Notes: generated from the letters alone by a model not told the origin. A stretch of 58,635 bases of DNA from a virus (IMGVR_UViG_3300030380_002200:1-58635); one strand, 5' to 3'. Numbered from the stretch's first letter, positions 19,780 to 28,872 are shown. Program-made: numbers and translations.

Positions 19780-20290
19780 TAAACCAAGTGTTCAGCTTGC
19801 GCTCGACGTCTTCTTCAGCCCCCATAGGAGTTCGCTGACTAATCAACTTTACAATTCCCTGTAAACGAGTAGCTTCTGAAGTCTCCGCTTCGCGCTCAAG
19901 GCGAAACTTTTCAATTTGGGAATATAAATTACAAACCTTTTTTCTCAAAGAAAAAACTTCATTTTTTAGTTCTGACCTCTCCATTGTGTAGACAGGGTCG
20001 AAGGTGTCCATGTATACGGCCTTGGACTGTTCATACATTCTTTTTAGAAGGGCATCCTGCTTGGTGTATGCTCTGAAGTTCTTGCAATAATGACAGATTG
20101 TTGCGTGGTTTTTGCCCAAGTACCTACCTATTTCTGACTTGCCAAAACCTCTTTCCCATAGGATGTAGGAGAAAATTATGCGTGCGTTTACATACTCACG
20201 GTCTCTCCGTGGGTCGCAGATGTCGAGGTCACATACCCCCTGAACTGCATTGCGCAGGACATCAAACTCCGTTTTGGTTTCGCTGTGCAT
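19769..20290 (-). CDS. DnaA domain IV (Bac_DnaA_C)-like HTH protein with coiled coil
   Basis: RRDREYVNARIIFSYIL...SEIGRYLGKNHATICHY resembles the DnaA C-terminal signature (R..AR..AMYL...IG..FG.RDHTTV.H). Confidence 0.7.
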   Translation of the reverse strand: MHSETKTEFDVLRNAVQGVCDLDICDPRRDREYVNARIIFSYILWERGFGKSEIGRYLGKNHATICHYCKNFRAYTKQDALLKRMYEQSKAVYMDTFDPVYTMERSELKNEVFSLRKKVCNLYSQIEKFRLEREAETSEATRLQGIVKLISQRTPMGAEEDVERKLNTWFNGL

Positions 20291-20609
20291 GATATTCGAT
20301 TGTATTGTTGTCTAAAATAAAGTCGAGATAATCGTCGCACGATATAGCCACGATGTCTAAAAGCAAGGGAAGTTCGTCCTGCTGATTGAGGTACTCAATC
20401 GAATAAAAGACAGGGTCTTCCCCACGAATGACTCCTCCTGTGATTTGACTCCAACCCTCAGCGATTGGTAGGTACTCAAGCGCAGGGAGTATGTCCTGCA
20501 ACAATTGCTTTCTACGCTTGATGGTAAACTCTGCAAGCTGTTCAACGAACCATTCTTCTATCTCGAAATGACCATTGTCAAAGACCCCTGTAAACTTCGG
20601 TAGTGCCAT
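20262..20609 (-). CDS. Hypothetical protein
   Basis: 115 aa, overlaps both neighbours. Confidence 0.6.
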   Translation of the reverse strand: MALPKFTGVFDNGHFEIEEWFVEQLAEFTIKRRKQLLQDILPALEYLPIAEGWSQITGGVIRGEDPVFYSIEYLNQQDELPLLLDIVAISCDDYLDFILDNNTIEYHAQRNQNGV

Positions 20610-20817
20610 ATCGTTCTAATTCTTTTAGCCTGTACTCCTGAAGCCTTGACAGCTTCCCTTTAGGCGTTTTAACCTCTGAAAAGATTACATTAGAATCAGG
20701 CGGAATAGCGACAATGTCAGGTATACCGTTCTTATTCGTCTTGATTAACTTGATAACGTAGTACCCCTCTGCTTCGAGTTGCTTTATTCTTTTCGATTGT
20801 ATCTGCTGTTCCGTCAC
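20578..20817 (-). CDS. VRR-NUC domain nuclease
   Basis: TEQQIQ...GIPDIV...FSEVKTPKGKLSRLQ motif; adjacent to the helicase. Confidence 0.85.
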   Translation of the reverse strand: MTEQQIQSKRIKQLEAEGYYVIKLIKTNKNGIPDIVAIPPDSNVIFSEVKTPKGKLSRLQEYRLKELERYGTTEVYRGL

Positions 20818-20821
20818 CTAT

Positions 20822-20829
20822 CAAAGATA
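20822..20829 (-). promoter_or_regulatory. -7 promoter element (TATCTTTG on minus strand)
   Basis: CAAAGATA on plus; 4 nt before the GTG start at 20817. Confidence 0.6.
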
Positions 20830-20845
20830 CGAAACGCATTAGCGT

Positions 20846-22327
20846 TCATTCCCTGTTCAATTTCTTGAAGTGGTTTACGGTGAAGTCCCGCTTCTTGGTG
20901 ACGGCCTTGTAGATGTCCTTCTCAATGCCACCACGAGAGAACACCCAATACACATCGGACTCAAGCCTCTCCTTCGTAGTCATCCTATCTCGTGACTGCC
21001 AATAGCTTGTCGCAGAGAAGTCTATGTTGTAGTACACCAAGGCATCAGCCTCTCGTAAGGATATACCCTCACGCCCACTTACAATCTGAAGGGCTATGTT
21101 CTTGTCCGTGCCTGTGAACTTATCGAGGTCGGTAACGAGCGTGTCCTTGAAGACACGCTTGAGTGCCTCAAGTTCTGCCTTGAACTTGTAGAAGATACCA
21201 ATCTTCTTGCCCTCGAACTTCTCCTTGATGAAGGTAGCCTTGCTCAAGTCAAGCACCGTAGCCTTACCCGACTCGAACTTGATAGTTCCTGAGTATAGCT
21301 GATGGAGCTTCATCATGAGCTTGACGGGTGTGTCGGCCAAGATGACCTCGTCCTTACCCTCCACCACCAAGTCCTTCTTGAGCCTAGTGGCAAGGCTGTA
21401 TGTCATGTCTGACATCTCCACTTGCAGTACGTGCTCTCGTGTATCGACCTTGAACCCCGCCTCCTTTTGTGAGAAGTTGATGGTGAACGGTCTCATAGCT
21501 TCGAGGATGGTATCTAATCCCTTGGAGTAGTCGTTAATCATCAGCCCGTTTATCTTCTTCTGAGTGACCCGCGCATACTTGTCGCAGAATCGGTAGAAGT
21601 TTTTGAACTCAGCAAACGGATTGTTGGGAATGCCGTACACCTGATGATACATCTGACAGTAGGACTCAGGTGTCGGTGTCCCCGACAGCAGGATAACCTT
21701 TGGGCTATAACGCTTCACTATATCCCTCACATCCTTGGCCCTCTTGCTTGGCTTGGGGAACGCTCCGATGCTGTGTGCCTCGTCAAGGATAACGATGTCC
21801 CACTTCACGTCAGGAAGTTTATGCATCGACTCGTAGTTGATAACGAACAGGGAGTATGATGGGCATAGCTTGTTGCTGTCTGCAGTGATAGAAGAGATGG
21901 CTTTCTTCTTCGTTATGAACAAGACGTTGTCCACTTTCATCTTGTCGCAGATACCGAGACTTGTCAGCGTCTTACCTGTACGTACCTCCATAGCTAAGTA
22001 TAGGAAGCCCGTGTCCTCAAGGACACGGACTCCCTTTTCAATTATAGCTTCCTGATAGTCTCGGAACTCTATCTCTGATGATTTCTTCATCTGCTCTGCA
22101 TAGTATTCAAGGCTATTAGATATGCGCTCTCGGACAAGTGGGTCAACGTTGCGGTACTTATTAACCTTCACCTTGGTCGCGGCTCGGCCACGTCCTACGG
22201 TACGCTGAACCTTTGCATTGATGACTCGGTCTAGACGTTCAACGCTACGCAACATATCCTTATCGCTGTAGTAAGGCTTGCGTGAGAACACCTCCTTGTC
22301 ACCCCACATGAAGGTGTCAGCCTTCAT
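20846..22327 (-). CDS. Superfamily 2 (SNF2-like) helicase
   Basis: FRDYQ Q-motif, MEVRTGKT Walker A, LDEAH Walker B, LSGTP motif III, GREGISL, QSRDR motif VI. Confidence 0.85.
   Translation of the reverse strand: MKADTFMWGDKEVFSRKPYYSDKDMLRSVERLDRVINAKVQRTVGRGRAATKVKVNKYRNVDPLVRERISNSLEYYAEQMKKSSEIEFRDYQEAIIEKGVRVLEDTGFLYLAMEVRTGKTLTSLGICDKMKVDNVLFITKKKAISSITADSNKLCPSYSLFVINYESMHKLPDVKWDIVILDEAHSIGAFPKPSKRAKDVRDIVKRYSPKVILLSGTPTPESYCQMYHQVYGIPNNPFAEFKNFYRFCDKYARVTQKKINGLMINDYSKGLDTILEAMRPFTINFSQKEAGFKVDTREHVLQVEMSDMTYSLATRLKKDLVVEGKDEVILADTPVKLMMKLHQLYSGTIKFESGKATVLDLSKATFIKEKFEGKKIGIFYKFKAELEALKRVFKDTLVTDLDKFTGTDKNIALQIVSGREGISLREADALVYYNIDFSATSYWQSRDRMTTKERLESDVYWVFSRGGIEKDIYKAVTKKRDFTVNHFKKLNRE
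21141..21156. repeat. 16-bp palindrome copy 4 (inside the helicase CDS)
   Basis: GTGTCCTTGAAGACAC, encoding VFKDT on the minus strand. Confidence 0.95.
22011..22026. repeat. 16-bp palindrome copy 5 (inside the helicase CDS)
   Basis: GTGTCCTCAAGGACAC, encoding VLEDT on the minus strand. Confidence 0.95.
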
Positions 22328-22682
22328 TGTAGTGTGATTCTAAAATTATTTCCAAGTAGTGAATGGCCTTCTTGATGTCACTTGCTCCGCCTTTCTCCTT
22401 GTGACGAGTTACGTATTTGATTACGTTGCCTTCGAGATACCCCATATTGTTCTTCAGGATATATTCCACGGGTTCAACACCTCCTTTCTTGTAGTGCTTC
22501 TCTCCTTTGTTTTCAAGGGTCTTCATGTCCTTCTTTTTAGACTGTGGATAGTTGTTTACGATGTTCCATACTGTTCCGTATGTAAGGCCGAGGCGGGAAG
22601 CGATGTCGCGAATAGATACACCTCGCGCCTTAAGCCTGCGCACTGCGGTGTTGCGCTCCTCTTTCATTAGATTTTTTTTCAT
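22317..22682 (-). CDS. HTH fused to a DUF3310-like domain
   Basis: GVSIRDIASRLGLTYGTVWNIV (HTH); HYKKGGVEPVEYI...EGNVIKYVTR...DIKKAIHYLE (DUF3310 pattern). Confidence 0.75.
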   Translation of the reverse strand: MKKNLMKEERNTAVRRLKARGVSIRDIASRLGLTYGTVWNIVNNYPQSKKKDMKTLENKGEKHYKKGGVEPVEYILKNNMGYLEGNVIKYVTRHKEKGGASDIKKAIHYLEIILESHYNEG

Positions 22683-22687
22683 GATGA

Positions 22688-25102
22688 TTAAATTAAACGG
22701 GTTTGAACTTCTACTTCATGCTTGTTTCGTATTCTGAGCCAACGACCTGATGGGTCACGCCCCTCTTCAGGAGACACGCCCGTTGTGAATACGGCATAAG
22801 CTGTAAGCCACTTGTAAAATCGAGTACGGCTTATAGTCATTTTGGCTTTGGGAGCATAGTCAGGATACTCCTGTATGAACTCAAAGTATAGGTCTTGCTT
22901 CATCAACTTCACACCTATCTCAAGATGTGTGTTCTTGGGTGTGCCGTCAATTAGTCCGCACCATTCGATGAAGTCGTGGCTTGTTTCTGCTGAAAGCTGA
23001 CGCACCTGCAGGTTGACGAACGTGGACTTGACCAACCCTGTCTTGAGGTATCCCTGCAAGCAAGCGACCATGTAGTTGTCGAACAAGCACCAATCCTCGT
23101 CGTTCCAATCGGCAAAGAAGTGCTTGCCAAACTCATCGAGAGGAGTGCGGTTCTTGTTGTAGTGCTGATGCAGTTCCACCTCCCACTTGCGTCGGGCGAA
23201 CGAGTTACCCGTACCCTTGATGGCGTAGTTGGTGGTGATGGCAATCTTCGGTGACTTGCTGAACGGAATCTTGATGGCATCCTTGTTCTTCTTCTCCAAC
23301 GTCAGACCCTCGGTCACCACGCTGAAGAGCCTCTCGAAGTCAAAGTTCTTCTTCACATCATCGAAGCACAGCACCTGCGTGTCTGCACTTACGGTCTGAT
23401 ATGGGAAGGACTTCTCGAATGCAAACGCCTTGCCGTCGATAACTACGAGTTTCTTCATCTGACTGAGCGCGTTCATAAACAAGCCCTTGCCTGTTCCGCC
23501 TTCAGGGTTGTCGCTAATGACCTCGTCGTTGAGAATGACAGCGGGGCAGTACGACAGGTTCTTGTATCCATGCATTAGGAATCCAATCGTGGACTCCATC
23601 GTGGCGATACGCATATCGTTGTCGCCGCAGATGCGGGAGATGAACTGACCGTAGACGCACCCTTGGTATTCACATTCCATGAACTTGCGGTCAATGACGT
23701 GGTCTTTCCAAACGTATCCACCGAGGTCGAGATAGTCAATGGTCTCTACTGCATCCTTGGTGATTTTAACAGCACAGTTTCTGTAGTACAGGTATGATGT
23801 GTCCTTGGTATCCTCAATGAAGTAGATGTCAATGGTGGAAAGCAGAGACAGGAACTCCTCGCGGAAGAACCTGACATTGTCAGCGAAGTAGTTGTACACG
23901 CTGATGTCGTCGAGTTCAATGAGGTGGCTCAGGATGAAGTCCTTGATTTCTTTCTCCGACGTGTGGTCAATAAGATTATTGGTGACCTTAACGAAGATGT
24001 AGTTTCGCCCACCTTCGGGGCAATACTTGTAGAAGCCGTTGTCCTCCAAGAACTGCTTGAACAGGATGTGTACGATTTTGATTGTACCCTTCTCGTTCTT
24101 CTCCCAAAACGTCTGCATTGAGTTCTCCTCCTCGACCCTGTTGAGGACAGCCTCGATGGTCTCGCTATCAAGTGCAGACTCTTCGAGTTGATAGCGTATT
24201 TCTTTTTTTGACACACCGCGTTTCATCTTTGTGCGGATGGTGTTCACCCTGTCCTCGTCCTCGTAATACTTCGTGCCGAAGTTCTGCGTGTGTTCGTATG
24301 CCGAATCAATCGTTCGCTGAATCTCACTTTCAGGAAAGTCCTGCGTAGCGTAGTTGTTCAGTACGTAGGACGCAAGGCTCTTGTTGATGCCGTAGTCGTT
24401 AAGGGCCATAGCAAGAACGAACGTGTTCTGATTACGCTGTCCCTCGACCATCGGATACTTCTTCGTCCACCACTTGATAAGGATATCCACCACCTTGTTC
24501 TCGTCGGTGATAGGAATGGTTGGTGGGTCACGACGCGATACTAGTTCGCGATACTCAGGCTCGTCAATCTTATCCCACAGCGATGCATTCTTGTTGACGT
24601 ACAGCACAGGGTCGAATGACTCGTAGCATACACGGCTCAAGTTCTTGCACGTCTTATCGAAGTGCGGGCTGTCGAAGTGCTTCTGAAGTGCGTTGAAGTA
24701 GTTGACGTGGTTGTCAGGGTCAGCAGGTACGCGAACCAAAACCTTCAAGCCATTGCCTGACGGACTGACGAACGCGGCATATACGTATGGGTCTTTGGTG
24801 AGGTTCTCCTTATGGCTGATGAGTTCCTTCTTCTTATCATACCCATCGAAGTCCAAGCAGATAAGTCCGCTGTGTTCGACGAGTGACTTGTCGTTTCGCT
24901 TGTTGAATGTTCCGCTGAAGCAGATAGCGGGTAGACCCTTCTTAAGTTCATTGCGCTCTGTCTTATTGCGCTCTGCCCTGATTCGTTTGACAAGGTCTTT
25001 GGTTGCTCCCTCCTTGATTCTTTGTAGGACTACATCGACGGGGCGATGGAAGGGAGTGGCAGTCTCTACGATATTCCTAAAGAGTGTGACGGTTGATGCC
25101 AT
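22688..25102 (-). CDS. Primase-helicase: VirE-N/BT4734-like primase-polymerase domain, PriCT domain and P-loop helicase
   Basis: LKKGLPAICFSG, SGLICLDFD, FVSPSGNGLK, D..CKNLSRVCYESFDP; GQRNQNTF (PriCT); GGTGKG Walker A and FDDV Walker B. Confidence 0.85.
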   Translation of the reverse strand: MASTVTLFRNIVETATPFHRPVDVVLQRIKEGATKDLVKRIRAERNKTERNELKKGLPAICFSGTFNKRNDKSLVEHSGLICLDFDGYDKKKELISHKENLTKDPYVYAAFVSPSGNGLKVLVRVPADPDNHVNYFNALQKHFDSPHFDKTCKNLSRVCYESFDPVLYVNKNASLWDKIDEPEYRELVSRRDPPTIPITDENKVVDILIKWWTKKYPMVEGQRNQNTFVLAMALNDYGINKSLASYVLNNYATQDFPESEIQRTIDSAYEHTQNFGTKYYEDEDRVNTIRTKMKRGVSKKEIRYQLEESALDSETIEAVLNRVEEENSMQTFWEKNEKGTIKIVHILFKQFLEDNGFYKYCPEGGRNYIFVKVTNNLIDHTSEKEIKDFILSHLIELDDISVYNYFADNVRFFREEFLSLLSTIDIYFIEDTKDTSYLYYRNCAVKITKDAVETIDYLDLGGYVWKDHVIDRKFMECEYQGCVYGQFISRICGDNDMRIATMESTIGFLMHGYKNLSYCPAVILNDEVISDNPEGGTGKGLFMNALSQMKKLVVIDGKAFAFEKSFPYQTVSADTQVLCFDDVKKNFDFERLFSVVTEGLTLEKKNKDAIKIPFSKSPKIAITTNYAIKGTGNSFARRKWEVELHQHYNKNRTPLDEFGKHFFADWNDEDWCLFDNYMVACLQGYLKTGLVKSTFVNLQVRQLSAETSHDFIEWCGLIDGTPKNTHLEIGVKLMKQDLYFEFIQEYPDYAPKAKMTISRTRFYKWLTAYAVFTTGVSPEEGRDPSGRWLRIRNKHEVEVQTRLI

Positions 25103-25105
25103 AGC

Positions 25106-25239
25106 TGTGCTGAATTTGTGCTGATTAAAGTATTCACTATCAATGAGATGTCGATAATGTCGATTTTTTTCTCCGAGTACAAGAGAAAATAAAAGTAGAT
25201 TGGAGAGTAGTAGTAGTTAATGACGAAACTATATCGGCA
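25106..25239. other. Putative replication origin A (iterons, AT-rich spacer, (AGT)n tract)
   Basis: TGCTGA at 25108 and 25119, TGTCGA at 25149 and 25158, inverted TCGGCA at 25234; directly upstream of the primase-helicase gene. Confidence 0.5.
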
Positions 25240-25250
25240 TTTTTTGGGGC

Positions 25251-25279
25251 AAAAAAAGGGGAGACCGAAGCCTCCCCTT
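25251..25279 (-). terminator. Rho-independent terminator
   Basis: Minus strand AAGGGGAGGC-TTCG-GTCTCCCC followed by a T run, after gene 25298..25597. Confidence 0.8.
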
Positions 25280-25297
25280 CCTACTCAACACAAATGG

Positions 25298-25597
25298 TTA
25301 GAAAGGCAAATCTTCTGCAGGGGACTCTACTTCCTGCGGTTTGCTTTTCGCCACAGTTTTCTTTGGGGTGTCGCCTTGTGGCTGAGGCTCCCATGTATCC
25401 AACTCGGTGTAGGGCTTGCCTGATTCCTTACCGATTTTCATTTCTACGTTGACCCAACCTTTCTTTTCGTACTTGGTCAGGAACTTGATGAACTCCTCCA
25501 CCTTAAAGGAGAGTTTTCCGATGACCCAATCAGGGTCGGTGTCTTTCTTCTTGAGGATGAGACCGTCAGGGTAGATAGCTTCTTTTTTATTAGACAT
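25298..25597 (-). CDS. Putative single-stranded DNA-binding protein
   Basis: Short beta-rich domain with a flexible tail ending EDLPF (SSB-like C-terminus); next to the exonuclease and annealase. Confidence 0.6.
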   Translation of the reverse strand: MSNKKEAIYPDGLILKKKDTDPDWVIGKLSFKVEEFIKFLTKYEKKGWVNVEMKIGKESGKPYTELDTWEPQPQGDTPKKTVAKSKPQEVESPAEDLPF

Positions 25598-25616
25598 GAT
25601 TTGAGTATTGATTAAA

Positions 25617-25624
25617 CAAATATA
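25617..25624 (-). promoter_or_regulatory. -7 promoter element (TATATTTG)
   Basis: CAAATATA on plus, upstream of the SSB-like gene. Confidence 0.55.
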
Positions 25625-25641
25625 CGAAACTTTCTACAGTT

Positions 25642-26373
25642 TCAAAGGATTTCGTGAATAAAATATGCGTCGAGACTTTCACTTGGGTTGTCCCCGAAGA
25701 ACTTACGGTACTGCTCGACGGCTTTGCGAACCTTAGCCTCGCCTCCTTCGATGAAGGTTGATGAGGTCTCGAACACACCGATGGTTCCTGTTCCCTTCTC
25801 AACTACATAGAACACGAGAGGTCGGCCAAACATGTTCGAGTAGATGTACGCTTGGCTGTCGTAGTTATACTTCTTTGCGCTCCAACGAAAGTCAGCAATG
25901 TTTGATGTGGTCTTCAGGTCGATGACCATCTCAGGGTGGATGATGTCTGCCTTACCCTTCCACATCTCACCTGCTATCTCCATGACGGCAGGGACTTCGT
26001 ACTCGCATTCGTCGTGACGGATGTCGTCGAACAAGTCCATGTTGCCGAGCATATTTCTGACACAATCTTGAATCTCGTCGCGCTCTTTCTCAAGCAGGGC
26101 GAACGGGAGTTCGTTCTCCAAGCAGTAGTCCTTGTATGCCTTGGTGCTTCGCGACCCTACAGGTACGAAGTCCCACACCTTTGCCTTCTCAGGTTCGAGG
26201 ATAAGCTGATGGAAGTACCTACCCTTTGCGAACGCAGGGTTGTCGGGTTGCTTCTTCTTGAAGTCCCGTGGGTTCTTCAACAGTGCACCTATGTCGGAGT
26301 TGGACAGGTACTGCTGTCCAAACTCCCCATAGTAATGCTCGTCGTCGCGTAGCTTTTCAATAGCTTCGCTCAT
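25642..26373 (-). CDS. PD-(D/E)XK exonuclease (RecE/DUF3799-like)
   Basis: LSNSDI, G..FH.LILEP, KGKADII, IDLKTT, YNYDSQAYIY motifs. Confidence 0.8.
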   Translation of the reverse strand: MSEAIEKLRDDEHYYGEFGQQYLSNSDIGALLKNPRDFKKKQPDNPAFAKGRYFHQLILEPEKAKVWDFVPVGSRSTKAYKDYCLENELPFALLEKERDEIQDCVRNMLGNMDLFDDIRHDECEYEVPAVMEIAGEMWKGKADIIHPEMVIDLKTTSNIADFRWSAKKYNYDSQAYIYSNMFGRPLVFYVVEKGTGTIGVFETSSTFIEGGEAKVRKAVEQYRKFFGDNPSESLDAYFIHEIL

Positions 26374-26996
26374 GCCTTTTCCATTTCAGCGGTCAATCCC
26401 TTCTTGACTGACGCAGTCACCTTGTACTTGCGCTCTGCCATAGACAGGATGTCTTCGATGGTCTTGTCCTTGTTCTCCTTGATAAAAGCTACAATCTTCT
26501 TGTAGTTCTCATCGTTCACCTTGAGTGTCTTTAAGGACACGGGTTCAGGCTTGGACTCAGGAAGGTCTTCACCTGCATAGATGTAGTGGCCGAGTCCAAA
26601 CATTGCAAGGTTCTTGGTCAGGCAACGCATGATGGTCTTGTTGATGTCGAACATCGTTGCCTTGTTGACCTGCTTCTCTCCGTATCGAGTAGAGAATGTA
26701 TACGGTGCATCCATCATGGCGTTGTTCGCTCCGTCCATCACAGGCAACCACATCTCAAGCGTCTCACCGTCGATGGTTACGTTGGTCATGGTCATGTAGC
26801 CAAGTGCGGGGTCGAAGAACCAAGGCTTGTCAGTTTGCGGGTCGCGCAACACCTCATAGGATGCATCAGGATATTGCTTCTTGACTTCGGCCCAAGCCCA
26901 AGCCCATGAGAGGTATTTAAGGTTGCTTTTCTTTTCAACCTTGTCATTGACGTTGATTGCGCTCAACGTTTCGAATACAGATTTTTTCTGTGCCAT
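26370..26996 (-). CDS. sak: Sak (Rad52-like, DUF1071) single-strand annealing protein
   Basis: YLSWAWAW, MWLPVMD, DINKTIMRCLTKNLAMFGLGHYIYAGEDLP. Confidence 0.85.
   Translation of the reverse strand: MAQKKSVFETLSAINVNDKVEKKSNLKYLSWAWAWAEVKKQYPDASYEVLRDPQTDKPWFFDPALGYMTMTNVTIDGETLEMWLPVMDGANNAMMDAPYTFSTRYGEKQVNKATMFDINKTIMRCLTKNLAMFGLGHYIYAGEDLPESKPEPVSLKTLKVNDENYKKIVAFIKENKDKTIEDILSMAERKYKVTASVKKGLTAEMEKA
26525..26540. repeat. 16-bp palindrome copy 6 (inside the sak CDS)
   Basis: GTGTCTTTAAGGACAC, encoding VSLKT on the minus strand. Confidence 0.9.
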
Positions 26997-26998
26997 TG

Positions 26999-27403
26999 TT
27001 ATTGAATTGATTTGAGTAAAAGATTCACTTTGTTGTATCGTGTAAGGACTCGGTCACGTTTGCCTTGAAGGGATTTGAGAGTCGCGTGGTTGTTGGTGCT
27101 GTTCACCTCCTTCCTGATTGACCTCTCGATTGACTCAAGTTTTATACGATTGTTAGACAAATATACGACATAGATGCCGTACTTCCAACCCTTGCTGTAA
27201 AAAATATGCTCCTCCGCAGGAGATAGTTTCACATAGTGGCTTCCGCCCTGCGTGGTGTTGAAGAACTCAACCTCACCCGTTGCGTTGTCACGAGTAATTT
27301 TTGTGCCGTAAGAGATACGTCCTTCGTATCCCTTGCCGTCAATGTTACTCGCATACTTATCGTCAAGTGCCTGTTCAAACACTTGGTCTGATGTGTAGGT
27401 CAT
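26999..27403 (-). CDS. Hypothetical protein
   Basis: Start reassigned to ATG 27403 (MTYTSDQ), ATGA-coupled to the upstream small ORF. Confidence 0.65.
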   Translation of the reverse strand: MTYTSDQVFEQALDDKYASNIDGKGYEGRISYGTKITRDNATGEVEFFNTTQGGSHYVKLSPAEEHIFYSKGWKYGIYVVYLSNNRIKLESIERSIRKEVNSTNNHATLKSLQGKRDRVLTRYNKVNLLLKSIQ

Positions 27404-27570
27404 AGCAGATGGTGTCCGTATCGTGAGTACAGCGCAAGAAGAAAGGTCAGGGCAATCCCCATGCCTACTGTGAGGGCTACGCCCCATCTAACTCCGTTGT
27501 TGTACTCTTGCTCAAGCATCTCTTTGACAAGATGGATTTGACCTTCAGTAAACTGTTCGCCGCGTATCAT
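27400..27570 (-). CDS. Small single-TM membrane protein (56 aa), not in the ORF track
   Basis: MIRGEQFTEGQIHLVKEMLEQEYNNGVRWGVALTVGMGIALTFLLALYSRYGHHLL*; ATGA overlaps at both ends. Confidence 0.7.
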   Translation of the reverse strand: MIRGEQFTEGQIHLVKEMLEQEYNNGVRWGVALTVGMGIALTFLLALYSRYGHHLL

Positions 27571-27857
27571 TTGTCGAGGCTTTTGATAACCTTTTTGTAG
27601 TCCCTGTCGGACTTGGCTCTCTCTGAAGCGACGCTAATTCCGTGCAAGATGGACGTGTGTCCGATGTCGTACCCGTTGCGCTTCATGAACTCTTGTATGT
27701 ACACCACACGCATGGGCCTTTTGGAACAGGCGTAGTACAACAACTGCCGAGCGTCTACAACGTCGCGCTTCTTGGACTTGACGAACAGGTCTTCAACCTT
27801 GAGGTTGAATAACTCTGCAATCTTTTCTGCATAGGTATCAAAGATTTGTTCCTTCAT
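27567..27857 (-). CDS. Stand-alone DnaA domain IV-like protein
   Basis: IAELFNLKVEDLFVKSKKRDVVDARQLLYY...GHTSILHG; start reassigned to ATG 27857. Confidence 0.75.
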   Translation of the reverse strand: MKEQIFDTYAEKIAELFNLKVEDLFVKSKKRDVVDARQLLYYACSKRPMRVVYIQEFMKRNGYDIGHTSILHGISVASERAKSDRDYKKVIKSLDK

Positions 27858-27886
27858 CGGGTTTTGGTTGTGGTAGGTTAAACTTT

Positions 27887-27935
27887 CCGCTGTATACGTC
27901 TGCGATATCCTGAAAGATTTCGTGTAGTACAACGG
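27887..27935 (-). other. Intergenic long imperfect RNA hairpin
   Basis: Minus strand CCGTTGTA/TACAGCGG outer stem, an internal loop, then CGA/TCG and ATCT/GGAT closing a TTCA loop. Confidence 0.45.
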
Positions 27936-27947
27936 TAGAACTGTGCT

Positions 27948-27963
27948 GTGTCCTTGAGGACAC
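27948..27963. repeat. 16-bp palindrome copy 7 (intergenic)
   Basis: GTGTCCTTGAGGACAC. Confidence 0.95.
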
Positions 27964-27985
27964 ACGGTCTCGATTGGTGGGCTTC

Positions 27986-28330
27986 TTATCTGCCATTTTC
28001 AAATATGAATTGTTCGACTACGTCGAGGGTTTTACTTCGCTTGCTGTATCCGTTGGCTTCTCCAACAAAGAAGCCTGAGTCAAGACCTTCAATGATTTGT
28101 CCTGTCATTGCATACCACACTACGTCGGTGCAGTTACTACGCAGGTCAAGGGTCGCGTCACCTGTAGGGTTGGCTGACTTCTCAAAGTCCTGCCGCGACA
28201 TCATAAGTCCTGTCTCTTGGAAGTCCTTGAAGGTGGGTGCGTCGTTACCCATAAGCTGTTGCAAGCGTTGTATAAGCGCACGATTGTGTGGCTGATGCAT
28301 CTTGAGGTAGAGGAGGCTTGTGTCAATCAT
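27986..28330 (-). CDS. Hypothetical early protein
   Basis: 114 aa, ATGA-coupled. Confidence 0.65.
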   Translation of the reverse strand: MIDTSLLYLKMHQPHNRALIQRLQQLMGNDAPTFKDFQETGLMMSRQDFEKSANPTGDATLDLRSNCTDVVWYAMTGQIIEGLDSGFFVGEANGYSKRSKTLDVVEQFIFENGR

Positions 28331-28566
28331 TTCAACTCGGATTTATATGCAAACACCACATCACCAACGAGCGGTCGCCCGCTCATCTCTGATGCCTTGG
28401 CGTTGAAGTCCATGCTACGCAGGATTCCTTCCTCGTTTACGATGAACACCCTGTCTTCCTTGTAGACGTACTGAACGTATCCGTCTACCAACTGCTGTTG
28501 CTGTTGCAACGTCTCGACGGCCACGTCATTGACTATGCTTCCGTCTGTCTTGATTAGCTGTGCCAT
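28327..28566 (-). CDS. DUF3846-like protein
   Basis: LQQQQQLVDGYVQ...IVNEEG...FNAKAS...LVGDVV pattern. Confidence 0.7.
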   Translation of the reverse strand: MAQLIKTDGSIVNDVAVETLQQQQQLVDGYVQYVYKEDRVFIVNEEGILRSMDFNAKASEMSGRPLVGDVVFAYKSELK

Positions 28567-28586
28567 AGAATTAGATTTTAATTAGT

Positions 28587-28618
28587 CAAATATAATACAA
28601 GAATTATACGCATCCAAA
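28587..28618 (-). promoter_or_regulatory. Bacteroidota sigma70 promoter, TTTG-N20-TATATTTG
   Basis: CAAATATA at 28587 and CAAA at 28615 on plus; full -33/-7 consensus. Confidence 0.8.
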
Positions 28619-28629
28619 TATATTCGACA

Positions 28630-28872
28630 CTATTTCAGTTCGTCAAAGGGAATCTCATTCACCCTGACGTAGACGTACCCATCCTTGACGATGGTGTTCT
28701 CTTGCGTAAGGAATCTCTCTGCTCTCTTCTGCCGCGACAACCACGCCTTGAGTTCAGTTACAACCTCCATCATGCCGAGACCTTCATGGCGAGTCCGTGT
28801 ATCGGTCTTCGCCATGAGGTCTTTTGCTTCGGCTCTCTTTTCATTCAACAGTAGGAGGAGTCCTTTCATCAC
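28630..28872 (-). CDS. Hypothetical early protein
   Basis: 80 aa, overlap-coupled. Confidence 0.55.
   Translation of the reverse strand: MMKGLLLLLNEKRAEAKDLMAKTDTRTRHEGLGMMEVVTELKAWLSRQKRAERFLTQENTIVKDGYVYVRVNEIPFDELK

Noticed and set aside
27404-27490. Possible structured RNA (AGATGG/CCATCT stem) upstream of the gene ending at 26999
   Set aside because: The interval is fully explained by a 56-aa membrane-protein ORF (27400..27570) with ATGA overlaps at both ends.
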